DNA of 64,000 nt from Deltaproteobacteria bacterium RBG_13_43_22 (GTDB lineage: Bacteria > Desulfobacterota > RBG-13-43-22), in the NCBI GenBank assembly GCA_001797675.1, contig MGQB01000018.1, positions 30,495 to 94,494 of the forward strand, in the 5' to 3' direction. The notes beneath the pieces were generated by a model. That model was not told where the DNA came from. It saw nothing but the letters and a program-made list of their open reading frames with translations, and made no database searches. The position numbers and the translations under genes were made by a program. Positions within the stretch are counted from its first letter, which is position 1; every line of letters starts with the position of its first letter. Positions 7,721-16,933 of the stretch are shown piece by piece.

Positions 7721-8793
7721 CTGAATTGACTTGACAAGGGTTTATATGGGGTTTAAACAGTAAATTATGCCAAGACAAGCGAGACTTGATGCACCAGGGA
7801 CCTTGCACCATGTTATGGGGCGGGGAATTGAGGGTGCCAAGATATTCAGAAATAAGCCGGATCGGGAGGATTTCGTCAGGCGAGTGGCCGACCTCTGTCG
7901 GGGGGGTTATATTATAATCTATGCCTGGGCACTGATGCCTAATCATTTTCATCTTTTGATCAGGACCCACGAACATCCTCTTTCAACAGGCATGAGGAAA
8001 CTTCTAACGGGTTATGTGGTGAATTTTAACCGGCGTCATAAGCGATTCGGACATCTCTTTCAGAACAGGTTTAAATCGATTATCTGTGAAGAAGATCCCT
8101 ATTTGTTGGAGCTCACCAGATATATCCATCTCAACCCTTTGCGGAAGGGGTTGGTTGAAGGAATGGAGGAACTTAAGAATTATCCCTGGACCGGGCATTC
8201 AGCCATTCTGGGCGAAACGAAGCAGAACTGGCAGGATAACGATGCAGTACTTTCCTATTTCAGTTCCAGGAAAAAAAAGGCCATTTTGCTTTATGAGAAA
8301 TTTGTTACCGAAGGGATTACCCAGGGTAGGAAACCTGAGTTGGTGGGGGGTGGGTTAATTCGGAGCATGGGGGGATGGTCTGAGGTTCTTGCTTTAAGGA
8401 GAAAAGATAAAAGACTTGTTTCGGACGAGAGGGTTTTGGGAAGTGGCGAATTTATTCGGGGCCTGTTTTCAGAGGCGGAGCAGAGAGCGAAGGAAACGCT
8501 GAGATTCTCGGAGAAGGTAATTGATTTGGCTTCGTTGGCTCGGGAAATAGTTAAAGAAGTAGGGATAAAGGAGTCGGAGTTAAGGTCAGGCAGCCGACAA
8601 AAACAGGTTTCTAAAGTAAGAAGGCTGTTTTGTCAAGTAGCGGTTAAGAAGATGAGATATCCTGGGGCAGAAGTAGCCCGTTTTTTGGGTGTGACGACTT
8701 CAGCCGTCAATCGGTTAGCCAATTCAACCCAAGGGGAATAACAGGGATATGGTTTTATTATTAAATTGTTTCAGCACCAACGTCCCCTTTTTT
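7703..8793 (+). mobile_element. Y1/HUH transposase element bounded by 18-22 bp inverted repeats
   Basis: ggggACGTTGGTGCTGAA (7707-7725 region) is the perfect reverse complement of TTCAGCACCAACGTcccc (8770-8787 region). The pair encloses only the transposase-like gene. Confidence 0.7.
7767..8741 (+). CDS. IS200/RAYT-like Y1 (HUH) transposase with C-terminal DnaA-C-like helix-turn-helix
   Basis: 324 aa with HUH motif PNHFHLLI, catalytic-Tyr region LTRYIHLNPL, and C-terminal HTH GAEVARFLGVTTSAVNRL. Confidence 0.8.
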   Translation: MPRQARLDAPGTLHHVMGRGIEGAKIFRNKPDREDFVRRVADLCRGGYIIIYAWALMPNHFHLLIRTHEHPLSTGMRKLLTGYVVNFNRRHKRFGHLFQNRFKSIICEEDPYLLELTRYIHLNPLRKGLVEGMEELKNYPWTGHSAILGETKQNWQDNDAVLSYFSSRKKKAILLYEKFVTEGITQGRKPELVGGGLIRSMGGWSEVLALRRKDKRLVSDERVLGSGEFIRGLFSEAEQRAKETLRFSEKVIDLASLAREIVKEVGIKESELRSGSRQKQVSKVRRLFCQVAVKKMRYPGAEVARFLGVTTSAVNRLANSTQGE

Positions 8794-8905
8794 GGGAAGA
8801 AGATTTTATTACGCCTGACCGGCATAGCCTGTTGGGTTCGCACCAGCAGAGCCGGTGGTTTAATCTTCATTATAAAGGATCATTTCGATCATAAAGGAGG
8901 AAACC

Positions 8906-9997
8906 ATGAAAGGAAAAGTCGCTATCTTTGCCGGACCGATGAATGATATGGAATTCCGTGAATATCCGCTTCCGGAGGTAGGGGCGGACGATATACTGGT
9001 CAAGATTCACCGCGCCAATATTTGTGGGTCCGACCTGCATATCTGGCGGGGCCATGGACCCGGAATGCCCAGGAAAAGACCCACCGTACCCGGGCACGAG
9101 ATGGTAGGAGAGATCTTTCGTCTCGGAAAAAATGTCCGATCCGATTGTCTCGGGCAACCCCTGGAGGAAGGAGATCGTATTGCCTACTCTTACTTTTCGG
9201 CCTGCGGTGTTTGTCCGGCTTGTCTGAACGGGTCACCGGCTTGTCCGAACCGGTATCGAAACTGGATGCAGGACGCCAATGAATCCCCACATTTCCGGGG
9301 TGCCTATGGTGAGTACTATTACCTTCATAAAGGACAAACCGTCTGCAAGATCCCCCCCGAGCTCAGCGATGAAATCGTCGCGCCGGTGAATTGCGCCCTG
9401 TGCGAGTCGATTTACGGGCTCGATCAAATCGGTATTCGATTAGGAGACACACTCGTCGTCCAGGGGGCAGGCGGCCTGGGATTGTACGCAACCGCTGTGG
9501 CCAAGGATATGGGTGCCGCCCAGGTGATCGTCTTTGACAAGCTTCCCGATCGCCTTGAACTGGCCAAGGCATTCGGTGCAGATTGGGTGGTAAACGTTGA
9601 CGAAGTGGATGAAAAGGGACGCAGGGAGATTGTATTCGATCGAACACGCGGACAGGGTGCCGACGTTGTCGGTGAGTTCGTTGGAGCACCTCAGGCCGTC
9701 GAGGAAGGAATTCGGCTTCTTCGCCAGGCCGGGAGGTACTTCTGGGTGGGTAACATCACGCCCGGTACGGGGTCGAACCTTGATCCGGGTACGGTCGTTC
9801 GGGGTTCTCAAACCATCCGGGGCATTGCCGTGTATGAACCCTGGGTCCTGCCGCGGGCCATCGACTTTCTGGTTCGACGGAGAAACGTCTATCCCTTTGA
9901 AAAGATCATTTCCAACACCTTTCCCTTTGAGGAAATCAACAAGGCCTTCCACTTTGCCAACGAGGGAAAGGCCATACGAGTATCATTAAAGATGTAA
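8906..9997 (+). CDS. Zinc-dependent alcohol dehydrogenase family (MDR) oxidoreductase
   Basis: 363 aa with catalytic Zn motif GHEMVGEI, structural Zn Cys cluster CGVCPACLNGSPACPN and Rossmann motif VQGAGGLG. Confidence 0.8.
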   Translation: MKGKVAIFAGPMNDMEFREYPLPEVGADDILVKIHRANICGSDLHIWRGHGPGMPRKRPTVPGHEMVGEIFRLGKNVRSDCLGQPLEEGDRIAYSYFSACGVCPACLNGSPACPNRYRNWMQDANESPHFRGAYGEYYYLHKGQTVCKIPPELSDEIVAPVNCALCESIYGLDQIGIRLGDTLVVQGAGGLGLYATAVAKDMGAAQVIVFDKLPDRLELAKAFGADWVVNVDEVDEKGRREIVFDRTRGQGADVVGEFVGAPQAVEEGIRLLRQAGRYFWVGNITPGTGSNLDPGTVVRGSQTIRGIAVYEPWVLPRAIDFLVRRRNVYPFEKIISNTFPFEEINKAFHFANEGKAIRVSLKM

Positions 9998-10044
9998 TTT
10001 CCTCGGATTGCTGGGCCGTTTAAGATAGTAATAAGGAAAAATAA

Positions 10045-10791
10045 ATGAAAGTCGTCTACCATAAGGATTATAACCAAGTCTATTCGTCCGACCCCGCTTC
10101 CGCCGCCGGAAGAATTCGAACCATCGAAATGGAACTGCGGGGAAAGGTCCACTTTATTACACCTCTTGCGGCAACACGAGAGGATATTCTCATGGTGCAC
10201 ACACCGGAACACATTAGTTCCGTCGAACGAGAGGGGGTCTATGATATCGCCGCATTGGCCGCAGGAGGCGCCATCGAAGCGGCGCAAATCGGATTAAACG
10301 AACCTTGTTTTGCCGTGATTCGCCCGCCGGGACATCACGCTTCGGCCTCAAGTGCATGGGGTTTTTGTTATTTTAACAATATGGCGATCGCCCTGGAAAA
10401 AATAAAACGCGAAGGAAAAATTAATAAAGCTTTTATTCTGGATTTCGATCTGCACTTCGGGGACGGGAATGTCAATATTCTGAGCGGCAAGGGATATTGT
10501 ACCATTTTTAATCCGGGGCCGGAAAACCGCAACGAATATTTAAAAAGCGTGGAGGCCGCTCTGGCGCAGACGGATGCCGACATGATCGCCGTTTCTGCCG
10601 GATTCGATAACCACGAAGAGGATTGGGGGGGCCTGCTGAAAACCGAAGATTATACCTTTATGGGAAAACTGGTAAGGAAAACCGCCGAACGCAATAAAGG
10701 CGGCTGTTTCGGCATTTTAGAAGGGGGCTACAATCACGGGGTTTTGGGTAAAAATGTGCTGGCCTTTATCGAAGGGCTGAAAGGAAAGTAG
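10045..10791 (+). CDS. Histone deacetylase-family amidohydrolase (short form)
   Basis: 248 aa with IRPPGHHA and DFDLHFGDG metal and active-site motifs. Confidence 0.8.
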   Translation: MKVVYHKDYNQVYSSDPASAAGRIRTIEMELRGKVHFITPLAATREDILMVHTPEHISSVEREGVYDIAALAAGGAIEAAQIGLNEPCFAVIRPPGHHASASSAWGFCYFNNMAIALEKIKREGKINKAFILDFDLHFGDGNVNILSGKGYCTIFNPGPENRNEYLKSVEAALAQTDADMIAVSAGFDNHEEDWGGLLKTEDYTFMGKLVRKTAERNKGGCFGILEGGYNHGVLGKNVLAFIEGLKGK

Positions 10792-11350
10792 AATAATTGT
10801 GAATGATAATAATAACCTTGTCCACTTCTTTCACTTCTTTAGTTATCCGAAAAACAAGACCCCGGCCTTTGTTTTCTGTCCTTGTTCGTGAAATTTTTTG
10901 TTGGTTAAGTTGTTTCTTTATTGAATTTTGTTGAAAAACTCCCCATCTTAGAGAGATGGCCGGAAGCCTTAAGAAGGTGGTCTTGGGGTTAGAGCCTACG
11001 GCCAACTGTCACAACCGCGTCCCGCTGAAAGCGGGATCAGTGAGCAAAGGGTAAACCGATTCTCTTGACAGGGTTAATACTTAGGATGTCCCAATCTCTT
11101 TTTCATATCAGATTATTACTATCTCATCCGGCATGGGATTTTTCAACCAAAACGATCATGCCTGCCCTCGACGAAGCCCCGTATTTTTAAAAAAACCCTT
11201 AAGTTCCAACAAGATATTTCCGAAAAACAATCAGGAGAAGAAAAATAGAGGTTCTCCGGGTGGCAGCCTCATGTTTTGGCCTAGGGGTTTCGAGCGGAGA
11301 GCAACCTGGCTGGAAGGCCCATAAAATTACCAAGAAAGGTAAAAATAACA

Positions 11351-12172
11351 ATGGCATATGACATTTCCTTAACCCAAGGAATGCGTGCCAATTTAATCAG
11401 TTTGCAGTTGACCAGTAAACTTGTTAGCGTCGCTCAGGCCCGTTTGTCCACCGGTAAAAGGGTGAATACGGCCATAGATGATCCGGTCAACTACTTTGCC
11501 GCACAGGACCACCTGACCCGGACGGCCGATCTGGCTTCCCGGAAGGTCGGTATGGGTGAGGCTATCAATATTGTAGCCGCGGCCGATAAGGGGATAACCG
11601 CCATCAATGCTTTGATTGAGCAGGCCAAAGCTATTGCCACATCGGCCCTGGCCATCAAGGATTCCGATTCCAGACAATTTTATGAAACCCAGTTCAACGC
11701 GGTTATGAGTCAAATTACGGACGTAGCGAAGGATTCCGGGTATAAGGGGACTAATCTCCTGGATGCAGGTTCCTTCGATGTCAAATTCAATGAAGACGGT
11801 TCCTCCAAACTGACGGTGAGCGGTTTTGGAGCGACTACTTTGAGTGAGATCGGATTACGCTTTGCAATGAATTGGCAATTTTTTGATGACATATCCATCA
11901 ACGATGACCTGTCAGGGATTGGAACGGCCTGCGAGATTTTAAGAACCAAGGCCAAAACCCTGGCGTCTAATATGAATGTCATCACCACCCGTCAGGATTT
12001 TACAAAAAACATGATCGATACCCTGAAAACCGGTGCTGATGATTTGACTTTGGCCGACATGAATGAAGAATCGGCTAATTTGCTCATGCTTGGAATCCGT
12101 CATTCTTTAGGCAGGGTTTCACTCTCTATTGCCTCCAAGGCGGCCCAGTCCGTTTTGAGACTATTCGAGTAA
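11351..12172 (+). CDS. Flagellin (short, about 273 aa type)
   Basis: N-terminal LSTGKRVNTAIDDP and a C-terminal helical segment ending SVLRLFE. Length and termini resemble short alphaproteobacterial-type flagellins. Confidence 0.75.
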   Translation: MAYDISLTQGMRANLISLQLTSKLVSVAQARLSTGKRVNTAIDDPVNYFAAQDHLTRTADLASRKVGMGEAINIVAAADKGITAINALIEQAKAIATSALAIKDSDSRQFYETQFNAVMSQITDVAKDSGYKGTNLLDAGSFDVKFNEDGSSKLTVSGFGATTLSEIGLRFAMNWQFFDDISINDDLSGIGTACEILRTKAKTLASNMNVITTRQDFTKNMIDTLKTGADDLTLADMNEESANLLMLGIRHSLGRVSLSIASKAAQSVLRLFE

Positions 12173-12448
12173 CGATAAATATTTTTATTAAATATAATAA
12201 AATTATTGGATCCTGATTACTATCGATTGTTTGCCCGAAAAAGGTCTCTTCAGGTGGCCCCTCCCGTTAAGTTTAAATATCCAGAAAAAATTTTTTGAGC
12301 TAAAGTCCTTATCTCTTCCCTTGGTGTTGAAGCTGCAGGTATAATAACAACTGCCCGGAATAAGCAAAAGAGGATAAAGTTGTTAATAACCATGGCAAGC
12401 CGGATTATCAGAGGCGACCCTCTTCACGAAAAAGGTAAAACGCTTCTT

Positions 12449-13204
12449 CTATTTTATCCACAGGGATAGTAACAGCACTCCTGCCATAAGGATAATGGGG
12501 ATCCAATGAAGAAGGGGTATTTTTGAAAGGCGGGAAGGGAGGTTCTCTTGATAACCCCGGGCGGCCAGGGCAAAGGTCACCTCTTCAACCTCGAGAATGG
12601 AACGGCGAAGAACAGGCAGGGCAATAAATTTCGCTTTCCGAACTGGATTGAAGTTCCGATCCCCCAGGCGCGCTTGGTGCGCTGCCCTGACTTCTTCGAC
12701 CTGGTCCAGGATACGCGAAAAAAATCTTAAGGCAAGGGAAACCATCAAACCGATTCTGCGCTCCGGTAAAAAAGGGATGGGCTTTAGCATCCAGACAAGG
12801 ACCTCACATACGTCTCGCGGCCGGGTGGTGGCGGTGAAAAGGAGGGCATAACCGATCATAAGTCCCAACCGCCAGGAGGTCAGTCCTCCCTGAAGGAGAC
12901 CTTCTTGACTGACAGGAAGCCAGGGGAAAAGAGGTAATCGACCTCCGGGGGTCAGAAAAATCTGAAAAAGAAAGAGGACAAAAAGAAAGATCGCCCAGAA
13001 TTTGAAATCCTTAAAGAATAATCTAAACGGCAAACGGGAAAGAAAAAAGAGAAAGAACAGAAAGATCGAATCAAGGAAAAACCAAAAGATCGATGTTTGA
13101 ATCAGGGTTGCAGTGATCAGTAACAGTCCCAAAAATCTGCAACGGGCATCCCAACGGTGAAGAAAGGAGTCTCCCGGAAAATAATGAAAGACTATTCGAG
13201 CCAA
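12449..13204 (-). CDS. bioN: ECF transporter transmembrane (T) component, BioN/CbiQ family
   Basis: 251-aa polytopic membrane protein that overlaps the upstream ATPase gene and is clustered with bioY. Confidence 0.75.
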   Translation of the reverse strand: MARIVFHYFPGDSFLHRWDARCRFLGLLLITATLIQTSIFWFFLDSIFLFFLFFLSRLPFRLFFKDFKFWAIFLFVLFLFQIFLTPGGRLPLFPWLPVSQEGLLQGGLTSWRLGLMIGYALLFTATTRPRDVCEVLVWMLKPIPFLPERRIGLMVSLALRFFSRILDQVEEVRAAHQARLGDRNFNPVRKAKFIALPVLRRSILEVEEVTFALAARGYQENLPSRLSKIPLLHWIPIILMAGVLLLSLWIK

Positions 13205-13935
13205 GAGAGCTTCTCACCTCCCAGCAAAACATAGCACGGGGGTCTGACCCCAAAGCGCGGTAATTCTTTAAAAAGGTCCTCGGGATTTCCTGAAATCTTA
13301 ATCTCTCCGCTTTGAAGGACGGCGATCCGATCGACATGGGCGCTCACTTTTTCGACATCGTGGGTGGCCACAATTAACGTATTGCCTTCCTGATGCCATT
13401 GAATCATATACGTTACTATTTCCCGTATACCCTGGTAATCGAGATTGGCAAAGGGTTCATCGAAGAGAATCACCTGGGGTTTCATGGCCATCACCCCGGC
13501 AATGGCCAGCCGCCTTTTCTCCCCTCCGGAAAGCAAATAACAGGGTTTTTCAGCCAGGTTTTCAATCCCCATCTTATGGAGGGCCCAATTAACCCGATTA
13601 TCGATTTCCGTTGGGGCGAGCCCTAAATTTTCAGGCCCGAAAGCCACATCCTCCCTGACCGTCTCACCGACGATCTGACTGTCGGGATCCTGGAAAACAA
13701 TTCCCATCAACGTTCTTATTTCCCGGGAATTACGGATGGGATCAAAACCGTTAATGTCGATTGATCCCGAAGTGGGTTTCAGAAGGCCGCTCATGGTCCT
13801 TAGCAAGGTAGTCTTGCCGCTTCCGTTCGGTCCGCAAATAAGGAGAAATTCTCCCCGGGAGATATTAAGGCCGACGCCCTTCAGGGCACAGGTGCCGTCG
13901 GGATAATTGAGATAAAGGTCTCGGATTCGGATCAT
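13192..13935 (-). CDS. bioM: ECF transporter ATPase (A) component, BioM/CbiO family
   Basis: Walker A GPNGSGKTT, signature LSGGEKRR and Walker B ILFDEP. Confidence 0.85.
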   Translation of the reverse strand: MIRIRDLYLNYPDGTCALKGVGLNISRGEFLLICGPNGSGKTTLLRTMSGLLKPTSGSIDINGFDPIRNSREIRTLMGIVFQDPDSQIVGETVREDVAFGPENLGLAPTEIDNRVNWALHKMGIENLAEKPCYLLSGGEKRRLAIAGVMAMKPQVILFDEPFANLDYQGIREIVTYMIQWHQEGNTLIVATHDVEKVSAHVDRIAVLQSGEIKISGNPEDLFKELPRFGVRPPCYVLLGGEKLSWLE

Positions 13936-14001
13936 TTTTTATTTAATAAAAAAAGGTTCCTTTCCCAATAAGTTGGGAGAAAAGGCTCGAGGGTCTTGGG
14001 A

Positions 14002-14550
14002 TCATTCGGGAACAGATCGTATTGGCCGGTCCAGAATCGGTTTTACGGAACGAAGCAGGATGACAGCTACGACAGCCTTCAGTGCATCTCCCGGGATAAA
14101 GGGAACCATCCCGACCATCCAGGCTTTATTCCAGGTCATTTTGGTGATCGCCTTAAGCCAGGGAACTCCCAGGCCATAAATGATAAGCGATCCGAAAATG
14201 ACGGCGATCACACTGCCGGTCATGGACCGGCGAAAACGCTCGGAGATGAATCCGGTTGTCCAGGCAGAAAGAATAAATCCGAAAAGATAACCGCCCGTAG
14301 GGCCGAAAAGATGGGCCAGTCCTCCCCTGCCGCCGGAGAAGACCGGCAGACCGATGGCCCCAACCAATAGATAAAGCGCGGCGCTGGCCGCTCCCCAACG
14401 GGCTCCCAGAAGAAGTCCTGAAAGGAGAACGAAAAGGTTGGTCAGGACCACAGGGACCGGTCCTATGGGGACATGGATAAAAGCGCCTGCTGCCATCAGG
14501 CTGGCCATAAGGGAACAAAGCACCACGGATCTTAATTTTTCGATAGGCAT
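14002..14550 (-). CDS. bioY: Biotin ECF transporter substrate-specific (S) component
   Basis: 182-aa, six-helix protein with BioY-type sequence (VPVVLTNLFVLLSG..GPTGGYLFGF). Confidence 0.85.
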   Translation of the reverse strand: MPIEKLRSVVLCSLMASLMAAGAFIHVPIGPVPVVLTNLFVLLSGLLLGARWGAASAALYLLVGAIGLPVFSGGRGGLAHLFGPTGGYLFGFILSAWTTGFISERFRRSMTGSVIAVIFGSLIIYGLGVPWLKAITKMTWNKAWMVGMVPFIPGDALKAVVAVILLRSVKPILDRPIRSVPE

Positions 14551-14565
14551 ATAGACCTCTTTTAG

Positions 14566-14597
14566 TTGTTAACCAATTTACTTTTATTAGTTAACAA
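14566..14597 (-). promoter_or_regulatory. BirA-type biotin operator upstream of bioY
   Basis: Perfect inverted repeat TTGTTAAC-N16-GTTAACAA, 16 nt upstream of the bioY start. It matches the TGTnAACC-N14-16-GGTTnACA bio-operator pattern. Confidence 0.65.
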
Positions 14598-14720
14598 ATT
14601 AAAACAGGTCTGTCAACTCTATTCCTTAATGATATTGAGGGGGGGGTAATATCCTTCGTCATTCCGGGCTTGACCCGGAACCTAGGAACTTTATGTTTAT
14701 AATGAGACTGTTATTCCGGA

Positions 14721-15410
14721 TTATCCACCGATGGTTTTAAGAAAATTTTCGATCGCGTGGTTGGCCTCTAAAGGTTTTTCGGCAAAAACCATATGGGTCC
14801 CGCCCTCAATGATAACTGCCTTGGCGTTAGGCATGTGGCCGGCCAGATAATGGGAATACTTGGGCGGTGTCATTACATCCTGATCACCACACAGAGCCAG
14901 GGTGTGCACATCGATTTGGGCTAAGCGATCCATGATGTCGAACCGATCACAGGCCTTCAAGTCGTTTAGCTCTGCGGTCGGCCCGTTTTCTGTTGACCGG
15001 CGTTTGAGAACCGAGGCCAGTTCAGGGTCGATGAGATCAAAGGCGGTATTCAGTGGGTTTTCAATCTCGGGGTCTTTAATAACCTTTTCCAGCGCTTCGA
15101 GGAATTGGGGATGGACCCGGAGCCGGGCTCCGCTGCCCACGGTTATTATTGCCGCCAAATCCTTCGGATACTTTAAGGCATACAATAAGGCGATTCCACC
15201 GCCCAGGGAATGTCCCACCAGGACTACCTGCCGGTATCCCGCCTCTTGAACGGCACTCCGTAGCCATTCGACATAGCCGTCTATGGTTGTGATAAGTTCT
15301 CCTTCCGGATGGCCCGGAAGATCCAGGGCAATGCTGCCCTTGAAATACTGGGTCTGATAAATCCATGATTCCTTACTGCCGCCGGAACCATGAATGAATA
15401 TCAATTGCAT
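14721..15410 (-). CDS. Alpha/beta-fold hydrolase (possibly a BioH-like carboxylesterase)
   Basis: 229 aa with HGSGG and nucleophile elbow GHSLGG. The BioH-like guess rests on adjacency to bioYMN only. Confidence 0.65.
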   Translation of the reverse strand: MQLIFIHGSGGSKESWIYQTQYFKGSIALDLPGHPEGELITTIDGYVEWLRSAVQEAGYRQVVLVGHSLGGGIALLYALKYPKDLAAIITVGSGARLRVHPQFLEALEKVIKDPEIENPLNTAFDLIDPELASVLKRRSTENGPTAELNDLKACDRFDIMDRLAQIDVHTLALCGDQDVMTPPKYSHYLAGHMPNAKAVIIEGGTHMVFAEKPLEANHAIENFLKTIGG

Positions 15411-15544
15411 AGAGTTTACCTCCCTGTGTACGGATTTTCTTTTTTGAGGGTATGGTTATCGAACCATCCCGTTTCCTAAACGGACTCGGCCGGTTTAGAG
15501 AATCCGGGGGGGCCGAGCCGTTCTTGTGCTTTTCTCCATTTTGA

Positions 15545-16609
15545 TCATTCGCCAAAAAATTGATTCATGTTGAGAAGCAGATCGGTCTGGCCTGAGACGG
15601 TATATTTGCCCTCCATCAGCATCTGAGCTCCATCGGCCTTACGAGTCAGGATATCCATCCAAACTTCAAAGGGCGTTTCAACGGTCAAATCCGGATTGGC
15701 GATTTGACCTGCCCCAGCCGTAAATTTTCCGTTTTCAAAAGAAAAATAACAACGGCCCTCCACCTGACCGGAAAAGTTGTACTGCATGGTCATCTTGGCA
15801 TCTCCGGCTTTTTCGGGGTTGAAGCCGACCTGCATAACGGCTAGGAATGTTTCAATCGAGTTTGGACGTGGAATCATACCCCGCTTTTGAAATTCGCCCA
15901 TGGTGACGCCTTCGTCGATGCAGGTCTGCCAGGCCAAATTTCCCAAGGATGTAAATTTTTCAAAGTGGGTAAAGGGTTTTTTGATCCGATCCAGGGTTTC
16001 CGGGGAAATTTTTTTGGATTCAACCAGCTCTCTCCCTCCCTGAACCGTAGCCTTAAGGATATCACTAATGCCTTTATCGGTTGTTTTTTGCCCGAGCATC
16101 TCTGCCGATGTCCGGTAGATTTCGGCCACTAATCGACCTTGGAATAAAAAGTGGATATAGGATCGGAGCTGATCAAAAACGCTTTCTTCGGGAAAGCCGG
16201 CCACGGACAATACCACCGTAAGGGGAAACTGGTGGCGCAAGGGATGGCTGGTAACCCCGTTTCGTTTTACCAAAAAAGGCTGGGCTATGGGTAACGTGCG
16301 CTCGATAAAGGTTTTCATCAGGGCATTAACGGTAAAATGGTAAAGGGGGGTGGCTAAAACGGACAGATCACATTCCAAATATTTTGGATAGATTTCTTTG
16401 GTCATGTCGTCTTGATGTATGCAGATGCCGGGGGTTTTGGTCCAGCAGGTAAAACATCCGCTGCAGTATCTGATTTTCTTTTTATGCAGATTGATGACCT
16501 CCACCTCGGCCCCGGCCTCCCGCATACCCTGAACCAGATGGTCCAGCATGATTTCCGTTTTGCTCACATCCCCGACTCTTGCACTGGAATTAAGGGCCAA
16601 TACTTTCAT
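15545..16609 (-). CDS. Flavodoxin-like NAD(P)H-dependent FMN reductase fused to a C-terminal SCP2 sterol-carrier-like domain
   Basis: N-terminus MKVLALNSSAR..CSGCFTCW (iron-sulfur flavoprotein-like). The C-terminal roughly 100 aa is SCP2-like. Confidence 0.65.
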   Translation of the reverse strand: MKVLALNSSARVGDVSKTEIMLDHLVQGMREAGAEVEVINLHKKKIRYCSGCFTCWTKTPGICIHQDDMTKEIYPKYLECDLSVLATPLYHFTVNALMKTFIERTLPIAQPFLVKRNGVTSHPLRHQFPLTVVLSVAGFPEESVFDQLRSYIHFLFQGRLVAEIYRTSAEMLGQKTTDKGISDILKATVQGGRELVESKKISPETLDRIKKPFTHFEKFTSLGNLAWQTCIDEGVTMGEFQKRGMIPRPNSIETFLAVMQVGFNPEKAGDAKMTMQYNFSGQVEGRCYFSFENGKFTAGAGQIANPDLTVETPFEVWMDILTRKADGAQMLMEGKYTVSGQTDLLLNMNQFFGE

Positions 16610-16672
16610 TGTATCCTCCTATAGATTCTTACAAATTAAATTTGAAAATTTATCTCTAACATTTTATTCAAC

Positions 16673-16904
16673 GGTCATAGGGAGTCTTGTTTTTTTGGGT
16701 TGTCCCCCCATAAGCCATAAGCTTCTTTGCCGGGCCATCGTTTGAACCTAATTCGTTGGCAGGCCCCTGGGGGCCTCCAGGACCATTACTCGAAACAGGC
16801 TTGGGTGTATGCCCTGCCTCGAATCAAACTTTGCTGGACTGGCCGGGTTTGAAAATCATAATTACCCTTTGGACAATCCCCAAAAAACAAGACTCCCTAT
16901 GACC
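16673..16904. repeat. MITE-like element with roughly 32-bp terminal inverted repeats
   Basis: ggtcatagggagtcttgttttttt..gtcc (16673-16705) is the near-perfect reverse complement of ggacaatccccaaaaaacaagactccctatgacc (16871-16904). Confidence 0.7.
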
Positions 16905-16933
16905 CTCCCAATTTCAAATAGGTTTGGTTGATT

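Noticed and set aside
9440-9952. 170-aa and other overlapping ORFs within 9000-9990
   Set aside because: All overlap the Zn-dependent dehydrogenase gene, which has clear catalytic motifs. These frames lack motifs.
10900-11350. c-di-GMP (GEMM) riboswitch or sigma-28/sigma-54 promoter upstream of the flagellin gene
   Set aside because: Only a loose GCAAAGG..AAACC resemblance was found. The TGGCAG-N5-TGTTT and other candidates fail the -24 GG / -12 GC spacing, and there is no TAAA-N15-GCCGATAA match.
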